A stretch of DNA of 64,000 bases from Octopus sinensis (GCF_006345805.1 NC_042998.1:97650001-97714000), one strand, 5' to 3'. Shown: positions 48,543 to 61,158, counted from the first letter of the stretch. Notes: generated from the sequence alone by a model not told the origin. Numbers and translations are program-made.

Positions 48543-49319
48543 TGATATTTATACATCACACCTGAGTTGTTTACAAATATACAAACCAGGTTCATGTATA
48601 TATAACTACAAGGGTAGGTACAATTTGTATTGTGCAGCAAAAATTTATACGGGGTCAAGGGATCACCAACTGACTGAGGTACACCAAATCCCAAGTAGCA
48701 TAATGGGCAGAGATGAAAGCAACCACAAGAATTTATGCTTGGCACATAGGAGAGAAAAGAACATACATACATAATTACATATTAATAAAAGGTTGCTGTG
48801 CAGTTTTTTTATTATAATATTCCACAAGTAAGGTACTGGTCAACCTAAGTTTATAGTCGAAGATACTCTCTCAAGATATTATGTAGTGAAATCAGACTTG
48901 ATACCTCTTCACCATATCTACACTTACCTGTATTTCTCCATGTTATGATATTTTGCCTTTGTTAAAGCATAAATAGTTTTTTTCATATTTCTTTTATTGC
49001 TTATTCCCACAAATGAGCTCCAAAAATGAAGTGAGAAGAAAATAGCAATTGCTAAACTGACCGTATTCCCATGGGAAGGACTGCTATTTTTAGTATCCTA
49101 TTTTCACTATTTGTATTATTTTTATAGTTGTTAACAATGATGGTTTGTTATATTATCTATTTATTATGGTTGTTAGAAGTTTGTGAACACTCGTTTTAAC
49201 TTCTAAAATTTAGTTTTGTACAATGACCAGGATGCCTATATTTTTTTAAAATATACAACTGGTATATATATATATATAGCTTACTTTCAGTTCAGGTCTC
49301 ACTACACACCATCTTGGGC

Positions 49320-49605
49320 TAATGTCTTCTACTACTGTGGGTTTAGTAGGTGGAAACTGAAAGAAGCTTGCCATGAATATATGTATGTATGTATGTGATG
49401 GTTATAAATGACCATCACTGTCATATAAACGATACAGATTGTTTCTAGTCTTCCCTGAAAATTATCCAGCCATAAAGGAATAGTAGCTTGCTTGGAAACA
49501 GGCAAGGGTTGATGACAGGGAGGGCATCCAACCATAGAAAATCTACTTCAACAAATTGTTTGACCCATACAAACATGGAAAAGTGAACATTAAATGATGA
49601 TGACA
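49320..49605 (+). mobile_element. SINE core plus RTE-type tail
   Basis: ggaaactgaaagaagc core end then gacagggagggcatccaaccatagaaaatc..acattaaatgatgatga. Confidence 0.65.
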
Positions 49606-49799
49606 TATTGTATGAGAATAAGAGTTATTAACAATGTACTTTGTTAAATTAAATCATTTGTATAATGTCTTCCTACACTAAATCATTTGTTGAAAAAAAA
49701 TCTGAACAAAAATTAAAATGGTTTTAAACTCACAATGTAATAAAACATTAACAAAACACATAATTAATCACTGGTATTGTACATTTGTTGTAGGTTCAT

Positions 49800-50280
49800 A
49801 CTTTAAAACAAAAAAGGCGACTTTGGTAACGATCACGCTCGAATGGTGCCCTTTTACGTGCCACTGGCATGGAAGCCAGTTGGCTGCTCTAGCAATGATC
49901 ACACATGGATGGTGCTCTTGGCACCCTACTGGCACGTGCATAAGTGCCAGTAAGGCGACGCTGGTAACGATCACACTCGAATGGTGCCCTTTAAATGCCA
50001 CTGGCATGGAAGCCGGTTAGCTGCTCTGTCAATGATTATGCTCGTATGGTGCTCTTTGCACCCTGCCAGCACGGACGCCAGTCATCGAATTTGATTTTGA
50101 TTTTGCTTTTGATTGATTTGATTTAATTTCACTTGCCTCAACAGGTCTTTGCAAGCAGAGTTTTAGTGACCAAAGAAGGAGAAGGTTACGTACAAGTGGG
50201 CTGGTTATGTCCCTGGCATAGGCCATGAGATTATGGTTTCATTTGGCTTGCCGGGTCTTCTCATGCACGGCATATTTCCA
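49800..50280 (-). mobile_element. RTE ORF end (WKYAVHEKTRQAK*) with short 3'UTR and tandem array
   Basis: Reverse complement of catttggcttgccgggtcttctcatgcacggcatatttcca; repeated gccactggca..ggtgc units. Confidence 0.75.
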
Positions 50281-51844
50281 AGCACAGAAATGTACACACA
50301 CAGATAGAGAGTAAGAGAGAGGGAGAGAGAGAGACATTACAATTTGTTAAATACTTTTCCTCTTCTCATACACATAAAGAGAAAATTCTCACACACATAA
50401 GTATATAGAGAGGTGGGAGAGGAAAGAACAAGAGAAACATTAAAACAACTGATGTCAAACAAGTCAGCATTGAAGCAGCAATACCAAATAAGTGGGCCAA
50501 AACAGTTATGCCAAAACATCTCTTCTCCTATATTTTCATGTCACAAACCACTTTTGTTACTTTCAAGACAATTTCTTGCATTTTCCTCCTTCATATTGAT
50601 TGGAGAAGAGCTGGCTAGCTTTTGTGTTCAGAATTCAAACTGTAAGACTGTAAAAATAAAGTCTTTAAGGATCTTAAATTTGTTAAGATTGATCACTTTT
50701 TGTTTTGTAATATAATACTTGTTTTTGATATTTAAAAACAGGTCAGAGCTAATACCTGTTAAAAAAGAAAGTTGAAGATTGTAAATGACAATCAAAAGGT
50801 TGTCTGGAACATAAAGACTGTAAATATGATTGATGCATAACATAAAGGCACATTCAATATGTCAGTAATGCTGTCAAAATATGCAAAATTTTCCTCTTCT
50901 CCCCCCTCTCTCTCTCTTTCTCTCTCCTCCTCTCCACACACACATATATATCCCACAAACTTTGCTACCTGCACCAGGATATATATTGCTTGGGCAGTAC
51001 AATAGTGCAATTGTCATTAATCTTCAAGTAAGATTAATGACAGGGAGGGCATCCAGCCATAGAAAATCTACCTCAACAAAATTGTTTGACCCAGACAAAC
51101 GTGAAAAGGTGAACATTAAATTGATGATGACATATTGTATGAGAATAAGAGTTATTAACAATGTACTTTGTTAAATTAAATCATTTGCATAATGTCTTCT
51201 GATTGGCTCTCGTATTTCATTTCATTACATAAAAAAAAAAGCAACATTTTTTGTTCATTTGTTAAATTACATTCCTTGTACAGCTTAGTCACCCATGTTG
51301 TAAACATTATGAACCAAAATTCTACTTTTAATGATATTACAAAATGTGTTGGTTTATTCATTCATTTGTTTATTAATTTCTTAGTTTGCATTACCATTTC
51401 CATGCTTACAAGGATTAAACAAATGAATTTTTAAGCCTTTGATAACCCTTATCTGTTTTTCTAATAAAGACTTCCCTGTTCAATACAACTTTTAAAGCAC
51501 AGAACTTAGTGAATGGTTTGTTCATAGGAGAAATGACAAAGTCATTGCTTGTAACTTGTGATTTTCAGAGAAGTACCAATGAAAACAAACATAGACTCAC
51601 ATGCACTGCACAGCACCTTGGGCAAGTGTCTCCTACTATAGTACCAGGTCAACCAAAGCTGTGTGAGTGGGTTTGGTTGATGGAAACTGAAAGAAGCTTA
51701 TTGCATAATGTTAGTTTTATCCTGTTTTTGTATAACATATATGTAGCACCCCGAATTGTCAGGAAATTAGTGTATGGCAGTGACATGCTTACACATTGTA
51801 CATCTCTCCTGATGCTTCCACCAACCTAAGGTGGGCACCAGAAA

Positions 51845-52100
51845 CATCATCATCATCGTCATCGTTTAATGTCCGCTTTCCATGCTAGCATGGGTTGGAT
51901 GATTTGACTAAGGACTAGTGAACCAGATGGCTGCACCACGGCCACTGCTGATGCCACCACCTGATGTCATCATAGGCATTGTTATTCCAATGTTCATTCT
52001 TCCAAGCTTGCATGGGTCAGACAGAATCTCTTATGGTAGATTTTATTTTCTATAGCCGAATATCCTTCCTGTTGCCACCTTCTTCTCTTTCTAAGGAAGG
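51845..52100 (-). mobile_element. RTE-tail element fragments
   Basis: catcatcgtttaatgtccgctttccatgctagcatgggttgga. Confidence 0.75.
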
Positions 52101-52927
52101 TAATATTTTTTCATGGCCAGACATAGGAAACTGGAATTAAACAACTTCACTTGTATGACAGTGGAAGCAGTGGCAGAGACAACAGCAACCGCAACAATGA
52201 CAATAGAAGAAAAACCAGCCCAAGCCTCAAGAAATTTGCTGGATCAGGAAATGTAAAAATTAATGAAAAACAGAGAAGGCATCTTTTGTAGCACTGATCT
52301 CACCAACAGTATTAATTGTAATAAACAGTCACTAACCTACTCCACAGCAACAGCTGATGATATAAAAACACAATCTATTTTTTTTTTAATTACTCAATTC
52401 TAAAAGGTCTGCTTTATATTTTTATTCATTTACTTTTTGCCATTTGTTTGTAACTGATTTCTTTTTGTGCAGATTTAACAATGCAAAAACAGCAAGTGAC
52501 ATTCTTTTTAGACCTTATTGTTCTTTAATGTTTCTTTCTATGTTATCTGTTAATTGTTATGATGGCTATTTTGGGCTTAGTAGAGTAGTAATCGGAGTTG
52601 TTTTATGATAACAGATATTCAAGTAACAAAAGAAAGATGGCAAACAAATATTTTATTATTAGCAATTTTACAGGTAATTATTTTAGACAAGTCAAGACTT
52701 GCAATTTGAATCTGTCCTTATATTCACACTGTGCTTTGTAAGAAGTAAACAGAATTGTTGTTATGAAAAATAAAGTCCCTTTCCACACCACCAAGCTCAC
52801 CACCACAGATACAAACACACATCATGTGAAAGTAAACCGCCAGCAAGGCCACCATCTCTGATAATGTTTCATCTATTATACTCAAACAATGTACACCAAA
52901 GTGAACCTCAAGCCTCTCTAAACATTC

Positions 52928-52929
<2 letters not shown>

Positions 52930-53005
<76 letters not shown>

Positions 53006-53008
53006 TTC
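52930..53008. repeat. (CT)n microsatellite
   Basis: Seen directly. Confidence 0.95.
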
Positions 53009-53090
53009 TCATTCTCAAGGCAGTCAGACTTTCTCACTCATTTCCAAATAGCTCATAAGTGACAATGACCATTGTTATTGTTTAACTACC

Positions 53091-53290
53091 AAGGCAGTGA
53101 GCTGGCAGAATCATTAGCACACCAAGCAAAATGCTTTGTGGCACTTCATCCGTCTTTGCATTCTGAGTTCAAATACTGCTGAAGTTGACTTTGCCTTTCA
53201 TCCTTTCAGAGTCAATAAAATAAACTGAATATGAGGGTCGATGTAATCGACTTATCCCCTCTCTTGGCCTTGTGCCAAAATTTGAAATCA
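53091..53290 (+). mobile_element. gagctggcagaa-type SINE
   Basis: aaggcagtgagctggcagaatcattagcacacc..gagttcaaat..ctttcatccttt. Confidence 0.8.
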
Positions 53291-53639
53291 TTAATGTTTT
53301 TCCATGCTAACAAGGTTGACAGCAGCTGACAATCCAAAGGGCTGTACCAAGATCCAAATGCTTTTCCTAATGTCAACCAAGTACCCTCAATTGAAAGACA
53401 AGTACCCTCAATTGGGTGGGACTGTAGTATTTAAGAAGGCGGTTTTATGCCATATGAAGAGAATGAAAGTATGATAGAGGGACAGAAACAGGTGTCTTGC
53501 AGTAGAGGAGATACATGGTTATTCCAATTGGAAAGAGAGAGAAAGAAAGAAGATGGTGATGAAGAGGTATCATAGCATACCTTCAAGTCACAGGTGTAGT
53601 CAGATATTAACATCAACCTTCTATAACCCATTTTCTCCC

Positions 53640-53960
53640 ATCTTAATGACTAACAGTACAGCTTTAGTTAAGCTAGATCTATAGATCTTCTCTGCTATTT
53701 CACTTGTTAATGGATCATCATCCTTGATAAAATTGGTGAAAACAGTGTCATTGTACTTAATTGAAATGCAAATCTAACAAAATTGTCCATATATGGACTC
53801 CACTCTATGCATCTTGCATTGATGGCTTCCTATCAGGTTGTATCAACACAATATGTTCTGATGGAGCTCTTTCTGATTCACATTCTATGGAGTCTGGCAT
53901 GCCATATGATTCAGTTTGTTGTCTACACTCTTCCTCTTATATCTCAACGATCCACTCATC
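53640..53960 (+). mobile_element. Degenerate CR1-group RT fragment
   Basis: KLSIYG, FLSG, DG.LSD...SGMP..SV, TLFLLYLND across frameshifts. Confidence 0.7.
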
Positions 53961-54087
53961 AGATTTTATATAGAGATTTTTGTACTGCATAAGTGTGTTG
54001 TGTCCTTAAGCAAAGCACTTTATTTTATTTTCCTCTAATCTATTCAGCTACCTGAAAATGAGAACCAGTTGAGTTGAGGTGTGGCCT

Positions 54088-54130
<43 letters not shown>

Positions 54131-54409
54131 GCTATCACAGCCTTGTTGTTTCATAAGGTCAAAGGTGGAAAGAGTGTCTATGTCTGCTTGCACCTGCAAA
54201 AACATTTAAAACAGTTAACAAAAGCATGGTATATGCTACCAGATCATTTACACCTGCAAGTGACAGTTATGGGATTTTTGTTTTGGTATTTTTATCATAG
54301 TAAATTAAATAAATAAATTTTGCCTTGACAAGAAACCTTTCTACACTTATATAAAAACATGATCTTTCTTCTGTGTAGTAAACTATGCAATGCATTATAA
54401 AATATCTTT

Positions 54410-54630
54410 TATCTTTTATTAGTTTCACCCATTGGACTGCAGCAATGCTGGGATACCCAGCATGGCTGCAGCATTTTAGTCTAATTAATCTGCCCCAGTA
54501 CCTATTTTGATAAGTCTGGTACTTATTTGATTAGAATCTTTTGCTGAACTGCTAAGTTACTGGGATATAAACACTGCAACACTAATTGTCAAGCAGTGGC
54601 GATAGGGCAAACACAGGCACACAGACACCC

Positions 54631-54663
<33 letters not shown>

Positions 54664-54830
54664 AAGCTTCCACAGTTTCCATCTACTAAATTAACTTACA
54701 AAGCATTAGTTGGTTTGGGTGTATGATAAAAAAAAAAACACTTGCCCAAGGTACCAGACAGTGGGACTGAACCTGAAACCACATGGTTGTAAAGCAAGCT
54801 TCTTAACCACTGAGCCATGCAGGAATAAAA
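54410..54830 (-). mobile_element. Diverged OR-type SINE
   Basis: ttttgctgaactgctaagttac..(CA)n..cacttgcccaagg..gtgggactgaacc. Confidence 0.75.
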
Positions 54831-55225
54831 GCAGAAAACTAGGTAAGCTATATTATGTGCTAAAAGTAAAAAATTTCAAAAATACTTTTGAAAACATATC
54901 TGCATATTAAATATTTCAGCTATTTTTTAAAATACAGTTCCACTTGTATATCTGTACTGAAGGCCTCCACCATTGATATAGACAACCACCTCCTGCCCTG
55001 CCACAGTATTAGGTTCTCTCTTTCATAAAATCTATTATGATCTGCCAAGTTGTCAAACTTGCACACACACACACACACGCTCTCCCACATACACATTACA
55101 AGAGGTAAATACTTGAATATATATATCCACATCCCAACATTTTATTTGTCAACATAGTATTCTATCAACACAGTTTTCTCTCTTGCTTTATGGGTAATGT
55201 GTGTGTGTGTGTGTGTGAGAGTGAG

Positions 55226-55723
55226 ATCATCATTATCATCATCGTTTAATGTCCATTTTCCATGCTAGTGTTAGATGGACTGTTTCACAGGATCTGGTGA
55301 GCCACGGTGCTTAATCATATTCAGTGTCTGCTTTGGCATGGTTTCTGCAGCTGGATGCCCTTCCTAATGCCAATATATATACATAATGCAAGTTCCACCT
55401 GACTAGCTCCCTGTGCCAGTGGCATGTAAAAAGCACCATGCAAATGTAGTTGATGTCAGTGCCTCCTGACTGGCTCCTGTGCCAGTGGCACACAAAAGGC
55501 AACATCCGAACATGGTCAATATCAGTGCTCCCTGAATGACTCCCATGCCAGTGACACATAAAAAGCACCCACTACACTCTCAGAGTGATTGGCGTTAGGA
55601 AGGGCATCCAGCTGTAGAAACCATGCCAGATCAGATTGGAGCCTGGTGCAGCCTACTGGCTTGCCAGTCCTCAGTCAAACCATCCAGCCCATGCTAACAT
55701 GGAAAGCAGACATTAAATGATGA

Positions 55724-55726
<3 letters not shown>
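55226..55726. mobile_element. Two RTE-tail elements in inverted, head-to-head orientation
   Basis: (CAT)n start, (GAT)n end; ttggcatggtttctgcagctggatgcccttcctaatgccaa is almost the exact reverse complement of ttggcgttaggaagggcatccagctgtagaaaccatgcca. Confidence 0.85.
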
Positions 55727-55760
<34 letters not shown>

Positions 55761-56063
55761 AAATAGCAAGGGATTATCTGGGCAAAATACTTCATAAGCC
55801 CTTTGTTGGCACACCAGGCTGACAATATTACTTAGATTAATGAAGAACTCCAAGTAATCTTTTGATAGGGTCCAAAGCTATGGTTTATCACAATACTATA
55901 TTGTAAATCTGTGGACAAACTTCAGATAAACTGATTTTTACAGTGATATATAACAGACAAGTCAAAAATAATGGTCATTACATAAAATAAAGGAATTATA
56001 TATAATGAACATTATTTTAACTTGTTTATTATGTGTGTGTGTGTGTGTGAATATATATATATA

Positions 56064-56200
56064 GGGAGAGTTTACGAAAAAACAAAAGACGAAGACAGGT
56101 GGTGTACAAAACAAACAGATGTATTAGTATAACACTCAGGAATAGAAAAAGTCTTTTATGTTTCGAGCCTACACTCTTCTACAGAAAGGTACACAGAAAA

Positions 56201-56232
<32 letters not shown>

Positions 56233-56510
56233 TAACAATTTAATAAATAAAGCATATGCATGCATACATATATGTACATACCTACATCTATATGTATATA
56301 TACTTGCATATATGAGTACAGGACGCCTCAAATAAACATAGAACACAACGAGAAACGAAAACATAACATCAAACAAGGAAACAGACTTTTTTTTTAACAA
56401 CGTAAAAACAGTCTACAAGACAAACAATACAAGGAATATTCCCCTTCTTCAGCTGCCCCTGTTTTGACTCAATGCGTGTTTCGAAGGTAAGGGCAGAACA
56501 CGATCTATAT
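56064..56510 (-). mobile_element. Penelope-like element terminal remnant with hammerhead-like motifs
   Basis: Minus-strand ctttctgtagaagagtgtaggctcgaaacataaaag (56188-56153), a second ctgaaga (56452-56446) and cgaaac (56483-56478). No ORF, so the family call rests on these motifs only. Confidence 0.55.
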
Positions 56511-56556
56511 CTAGCATGTTGACCGTCCACTTTTAGTGGTCAGCCCTTAAATTTTG

Positions 56557-57371
56557 TATATATATATATATAAAACTCAAAATGTGTGTGTGTGCTTTTT
56601 ATGCGTTTTCACATTTTCATCCAATTTTGATGAAATTTTTTTTTATTAAATGGCTAATTTACCCAGGCAACTCACTGCCACGTTATCAATACCTAGAGAT
56701 ATCCCTTCTAGGAGAAAAATTGATAGAACTGAAGAGACTACACACACACACTTTTTACAAAAAAAGTTGCCCACGAGAAAATTTTTTACAGGAACACCTG
56801 ATTTTTGTAATTTTGGTGTCAAAAGGACTGTCATGTTGCAACATTTCACACAAATATTTTGGCATTGTCTTGAGGCCTCTGATTCTCAAGAAAATTGCAC
56901 AAAACTTTGAAAAAAATTGATTGTTCACATTTTTGCAAAGTTACACATTAGAAAGCTTTTAACTGGAAAGTCCGATTTCCTTGGTTTTTATGGCTAAAAG
57001 GATGCGGTTAGTGGTAAAAAAGGTGGTGCTTCATGTTATTAAGGCAACAATTCTTATGGGTTGCTGCATCAGAGATGTCTTTATACCCAGGATACCTCTT
57101 ACTCCATCAGATAAGCAATGATCCTGTCCCTTGTGTGGACTTCAGTTCTCCTCTTCAACTTTGCTTTGCCATGTCCATCAACAAGTCCCAAGGCCAAACA
57201 CTAACAATGACAGGCCTCCATTTAGGCCAACCATGCTTCTCACATGGCCAGTTATACGTCAGATACAAAAAAATCCTTTTTGTGTTCGCCCTGAAAGTCA
57301 AAACGAAAAATATTGTCTACTGTGAGGTGCTGTAGGCCATCCAACATGCTGCAGCTTCCCTGCTGAACTAG
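56557..57371 (+). mobile_element. Non-autonomous Helitron with PIF1-helicase C-terminal remnant
   Basis: PLQLCFAMSINKSQGQTL..LHL..PCFSHGQLYV..LFVF..KTKNIVY.EVL*; short hairpin cagc..gctg, then CTAG|T at 57368-57372; 5' end is a TATATATAAAA-TGTGTG-type start (terminal TC not visible). Confidence 0.88.
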
Positions 57372-57810
57372 TTTATGGTGAGTGAGTATTATTGTTGCTA
57401 TTCTTTAAAAATTACCATTTTTTTTTATTTTGTCCACTACAGCTTCTCAATCTCCTTACAGATGGCTTGAGTTTTGGCATCACTGCACTCACTGCTTTTC
57501 ATGTTAATGGAAAAGGACGTTTATACCTGTGAATGGTTAACTATCCTTTTCAAGGCTATTGTGAGAATGATAACATGGCACTTTACATTCATTTGTTGCA
57601 AACCCTGCAATGCTCTTGTGGCTTCTCCAAGGCTTTTCAACCTTTATTTATGGTCTATGGGAAAAATCACTTCCTCAATGTCAGTGTTTGCAAGTGAACA
57701 CAAAAAATATTCAAAGAGATGTACAATGAAAAAAATGGTAGAGCCTGTTAAGACCATTGCCAAGTATTTAATACCCAAGCAACACTGGGTACTCCTGCTA
57801 GTGTATATAT

Positions 57811-57864
<54 letters not shown>

Positions 57865-57944
57865 ATATGTGTGTGTATATATATATATTTTAATATATTT
57901 ATTTATTTATAGATTCTTTTTAAATGTCTATGTAGTTATTATTT

Positions 57945-58448
57945 TCTTTTTTTTTTTGTAGTTTCAGCTCATAGCTGTGGCCATGCTGGAGCACCGCCAT
58001 TTTGCTACACTTTATTTACTGAGATCTTCCTTTAATATATGGCACTTGGTGTAGAATGGAGTTTGATGTAGCTACCTTCATTTACACCTCTTGCCATGAG
58101 GTACGTTCATCTGGGACTCAACAGGAAGAGGTCCAGTCTTGATTTATAAACGCTGACATCTACTTTGTGGAGATTCTTCAGCTTCTTTGGGAGAATATTA
58201 AAAAGCTGTGGGCCCCTGAAACCCAGGCTGTTGCAGTAACTGGTCCTGAAGTGCGATAGCATTGCTGGGATCTTTGGCACTATGCAGTGTCGACCCATTC
58301 TGGCATTGGTGTAGTTTACAATGCCAAAATTTGGCACAATTCCTTCAAGGATCTTCCAGATGTATATTACTGCATACCTGTCCTGCCTTCACTCCAGGGA
58401 ATAGAGTCTTAGCTGTTTCAGCCTTTCCCAGTAGCTGAGCTGTTGCAA
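57945..58448 (-). mobile_element. 5'-truncated CR1-group LINE with complete 3' end and A tail
   Basis: LQQLSYWERLKQLRLYSLE*RQDRYAVIYIWKILEGIVPN...GPQLFNILPK.LKN...KSRLDLFL; 3'UTR ends ggcggtgctccagcatggccacagctatgagctgaaactac(A)n. Confidence 0.9.
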
Positions 58449-58656
58449 AGAGATGATATATATTTTAATGTATATATTTATTCTTTAAATTCATCTGAAA
58501 TCGGAGTCATGTTTATGAATTAAATTACCTGGTCTTATGTTTCTTCATATTATATATTTATATCTTTTGTCTCAAGTTCCTCTTGAGCACTTCTAGGTGC
58601 AAGACTTAACTCTGTGAGAGAATTTCTGATTAATCATATTCTTTCTCAATGCAATT

Positions 58657-58661
58657 ATATG

Positions 58662-58693
<32 letters not shown>

Positions 58694-58781
58694 TGTATGT
58701 ATGTATGTATGTATGTATGTATGTACGTACGTATGTAGGTATGTATGTATGCATGTATGTATATGCATATGTATATGCATG

Positions 58782-58816
<35 letters not shown>

Positions 58817-58818
58817 GT
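58657..58818. repeat. (ATGT)n/(AT)n compound microsatellite
   Basis: Seen directly. Confidence 0.95.
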
Positions 58819-58819
58819 G

Positions 58820-59070
58820 AAGGCACATGGCTTGGTGGTTAGAGTATTCAGCTCACAATCATAAGGTCATGAGTTCAATTCCAAGCAATGCGTTGTGTCC
58901 TGTATTTCACATTGCTCCAATCCACTCAGCTGGCAAAAATATGTTATACCTGTATTTCAAAGGACCAGCCTTGTCACATTGTGCCATGCTGAGTCTCCCT
59001 GAGAACTACATTAAATGTATGTGTGACTGTGGAGTACTCAGCCACTTACATGTTAATTTCATAAGCAGGC
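58820..59070 (+). mobile_element. Third tRNA-derived SINE type
   Basis: ggcacatggcttggtggttagag..gagttcaattcc head, then cattgctccaatccactcagctggcaaaaat; related fragment near 54000-54075. Confidence 0.65.
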
Positions 59071-59169
59071 TGTTCCATTGAACCTTTGTCGTTGTAACCA
59101 ACTGAGTGCTGGATATGTATGTATATGTATAAAGGTTTATGTATATATAGACTGAGACCTTTGGTATTA

Positions 59170-59437
59170 TATCATGCTTGAGAAGAAGACCCATCAAGCC
59201 AAGTAAAATCACAGTTGTGGTAGATACTGGTGTCACACAAATAGCACCTGTGCTGGTGGCATGTAAGGGCATTCTTTACATTCTCAGGGTGGTTGGCATT
59301 AGGAAGGGCATCCAGCTATAGAAACCATGCCAAATCAGACTGAAGTTTAGTGCAGCCTTCCAGATTGCCAGCCCTGGTCAAACCGTCCAACTCATGCCAG
59401 CATGGACAACGGATATTGAATGATGATGATGATGATG
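59170..59437 (+). mobile_element. RTE ORF end (LEK.T..AK*) with short 3'UTR and (GAT)n tail
   Basis: ttgagaagaagacccatcaagccaagtaa .. ttaggaagggcatccagc .. gaatgatgatgat. Confidence 0.78.
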
Positions 59438-59439
59438 TT

Positions 59440-59441
59440 AT

Positions 59442-59517
<76 letters not shown>

Positions 59518-59552
59518 ATATATATATGTGTGTGTGTGTGTGTATATATATA
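59440..59552. repeat. Quasi-palindromic (CA)n-(TA)n-(TG)n microsatellite
   Basis: Seen directly; similar arrays at about 38925-38970 and 57800-57890. Confidence 0.95.
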
Positions 59553-60664
59553 TTAAGAAAAAGGAGGTAATTAGAATTTTGGATAATGATTTATTTAGCA
59601 CTTTCATTTCATTTTTGAGAATCATCAGACATGATATCTTTGCAGAAATTTCATGTGTTTTGTATCTATACTAGACTTACTACCCAGCCTTGCCCAGTAA
59701 AGTATTCATAGAACTGTTTGCCAGTTTGTAGAATGGGAATTCACAGTACTTATGCATTTCTATATATTTAACCTAACTTCAGGCCTTATTTAATTGGAAC
59801 AATCCAAACAATATTAATCAATTTACATGAGTAGAAGCTTTTTTTAAACAATTTTTATTCTGAAAAATCACCTGTTACTTTTGTTTTAAGGTGAAAGTGA
59901 GGGGAGAGTGAAAGATGTATAAATATGTATATGAAATGGACATGACAACACACCCCATCACTCACTCTGTCTCTCTTTTTCTCTCCCTCTTCCTTTCTCT
60001 CTTTCTTTCTCTCTCTCTCTCTGTCTTTCACACACTCACATCCATTACATATACACATACATACATCTTTCACTTTCTCCTCTCTTTCACTTTAAAACAC
60101 AAATAAATAAATAAATAAATTTTACAGAAATTAATGAACTCCAGATGGTGAAGTCACATTCAGTTAAAAATATTTCTAAATGATTAAAATATTGTGTATG
60201 TCAAAAAAACAACAGTTTTTTTTTTTTTCTTAGAGAGCTCAAAGACAATGTGTGTGTATGTGTCACAGATAGTGAACATGTATTTGTGTTGATTGACATG
60301 CCAGGGCATTCATTATATGTGTGTGTATTCTGTATGTGTGTTGAAATCATGGAAGTCATGTATTTTTTTCATCAAGAAATAACAAAAAATTGTATTTAAT
60401 CATTTAAATAGAGGTTCAAATGTCACAAAAAATTGCACTGCACTGCCAACAATAAGTATAAAAATAAATATGTAAAAAAATTAAGATAAAATATACTATT
60501 TCTGAGATATTTCAGTTACACACAAACATCCCTAAAGTTTTAGTATTATCAAGATGTGAGGTAGCTGAAACAAATCTGGGGTTGTGGCAGAAAATGTTTT
60601 CTGTTCTTTTGGATTTTTCTTACTTTCCTTTTTTTTCACCCTCTAACCAAACCTCCAAAATTTC

Positions 60665-60707
60665 ACCACACACATACTTACACACACACACACACACACA
60701 CACACCA

Positions 60708-60754
<47 letters not shown>

Positions 60755-60820
60755 ACACAAACAAACACACACTCATACACACATAATATACACATCATAT
60801 ATATATACACACACATATAG
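60665..60820. repeat. (CA)n compound microsatellite
   Basis: Seen directly. Confidence 0.95.
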
Positions 60821-61009
60821 ATCCCATATTCAACCTCTGATTTTTTCAACTACCTTGCATATTTATAAAAGGTATAAAATTTCTGTAAAGATACCATTTC
60901 TGATGATTCTCCAAAATGAGATGGAAGCATTAAATAAATAATTATCCAAAATTCTGACTACCTCCTTTTTCTTAATATATAAAATCTGTACACTACTTTA
61001 AACAATTTA

Positions 61010-61158
61010 TACATGCATGCATACATACAATACATACAATACATACATGCATGCATACATACATACATACATACATACATACATACATGCATACATACAT
61101 ACATACATACATACATACATACATACATACATGATGATGATGTGTGTGTGTGTGTGAA
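61010..61158. repeat. (ATAC)n then (GAT)n/(TG)n microsatellite
   Basis: Seen directly. Confidence 0.95.

Noticed and set aside
58593-60941. Several ORFs rich in YI, HT, CV or SL dipeptides
   Set aside because: Microsatellite translations.
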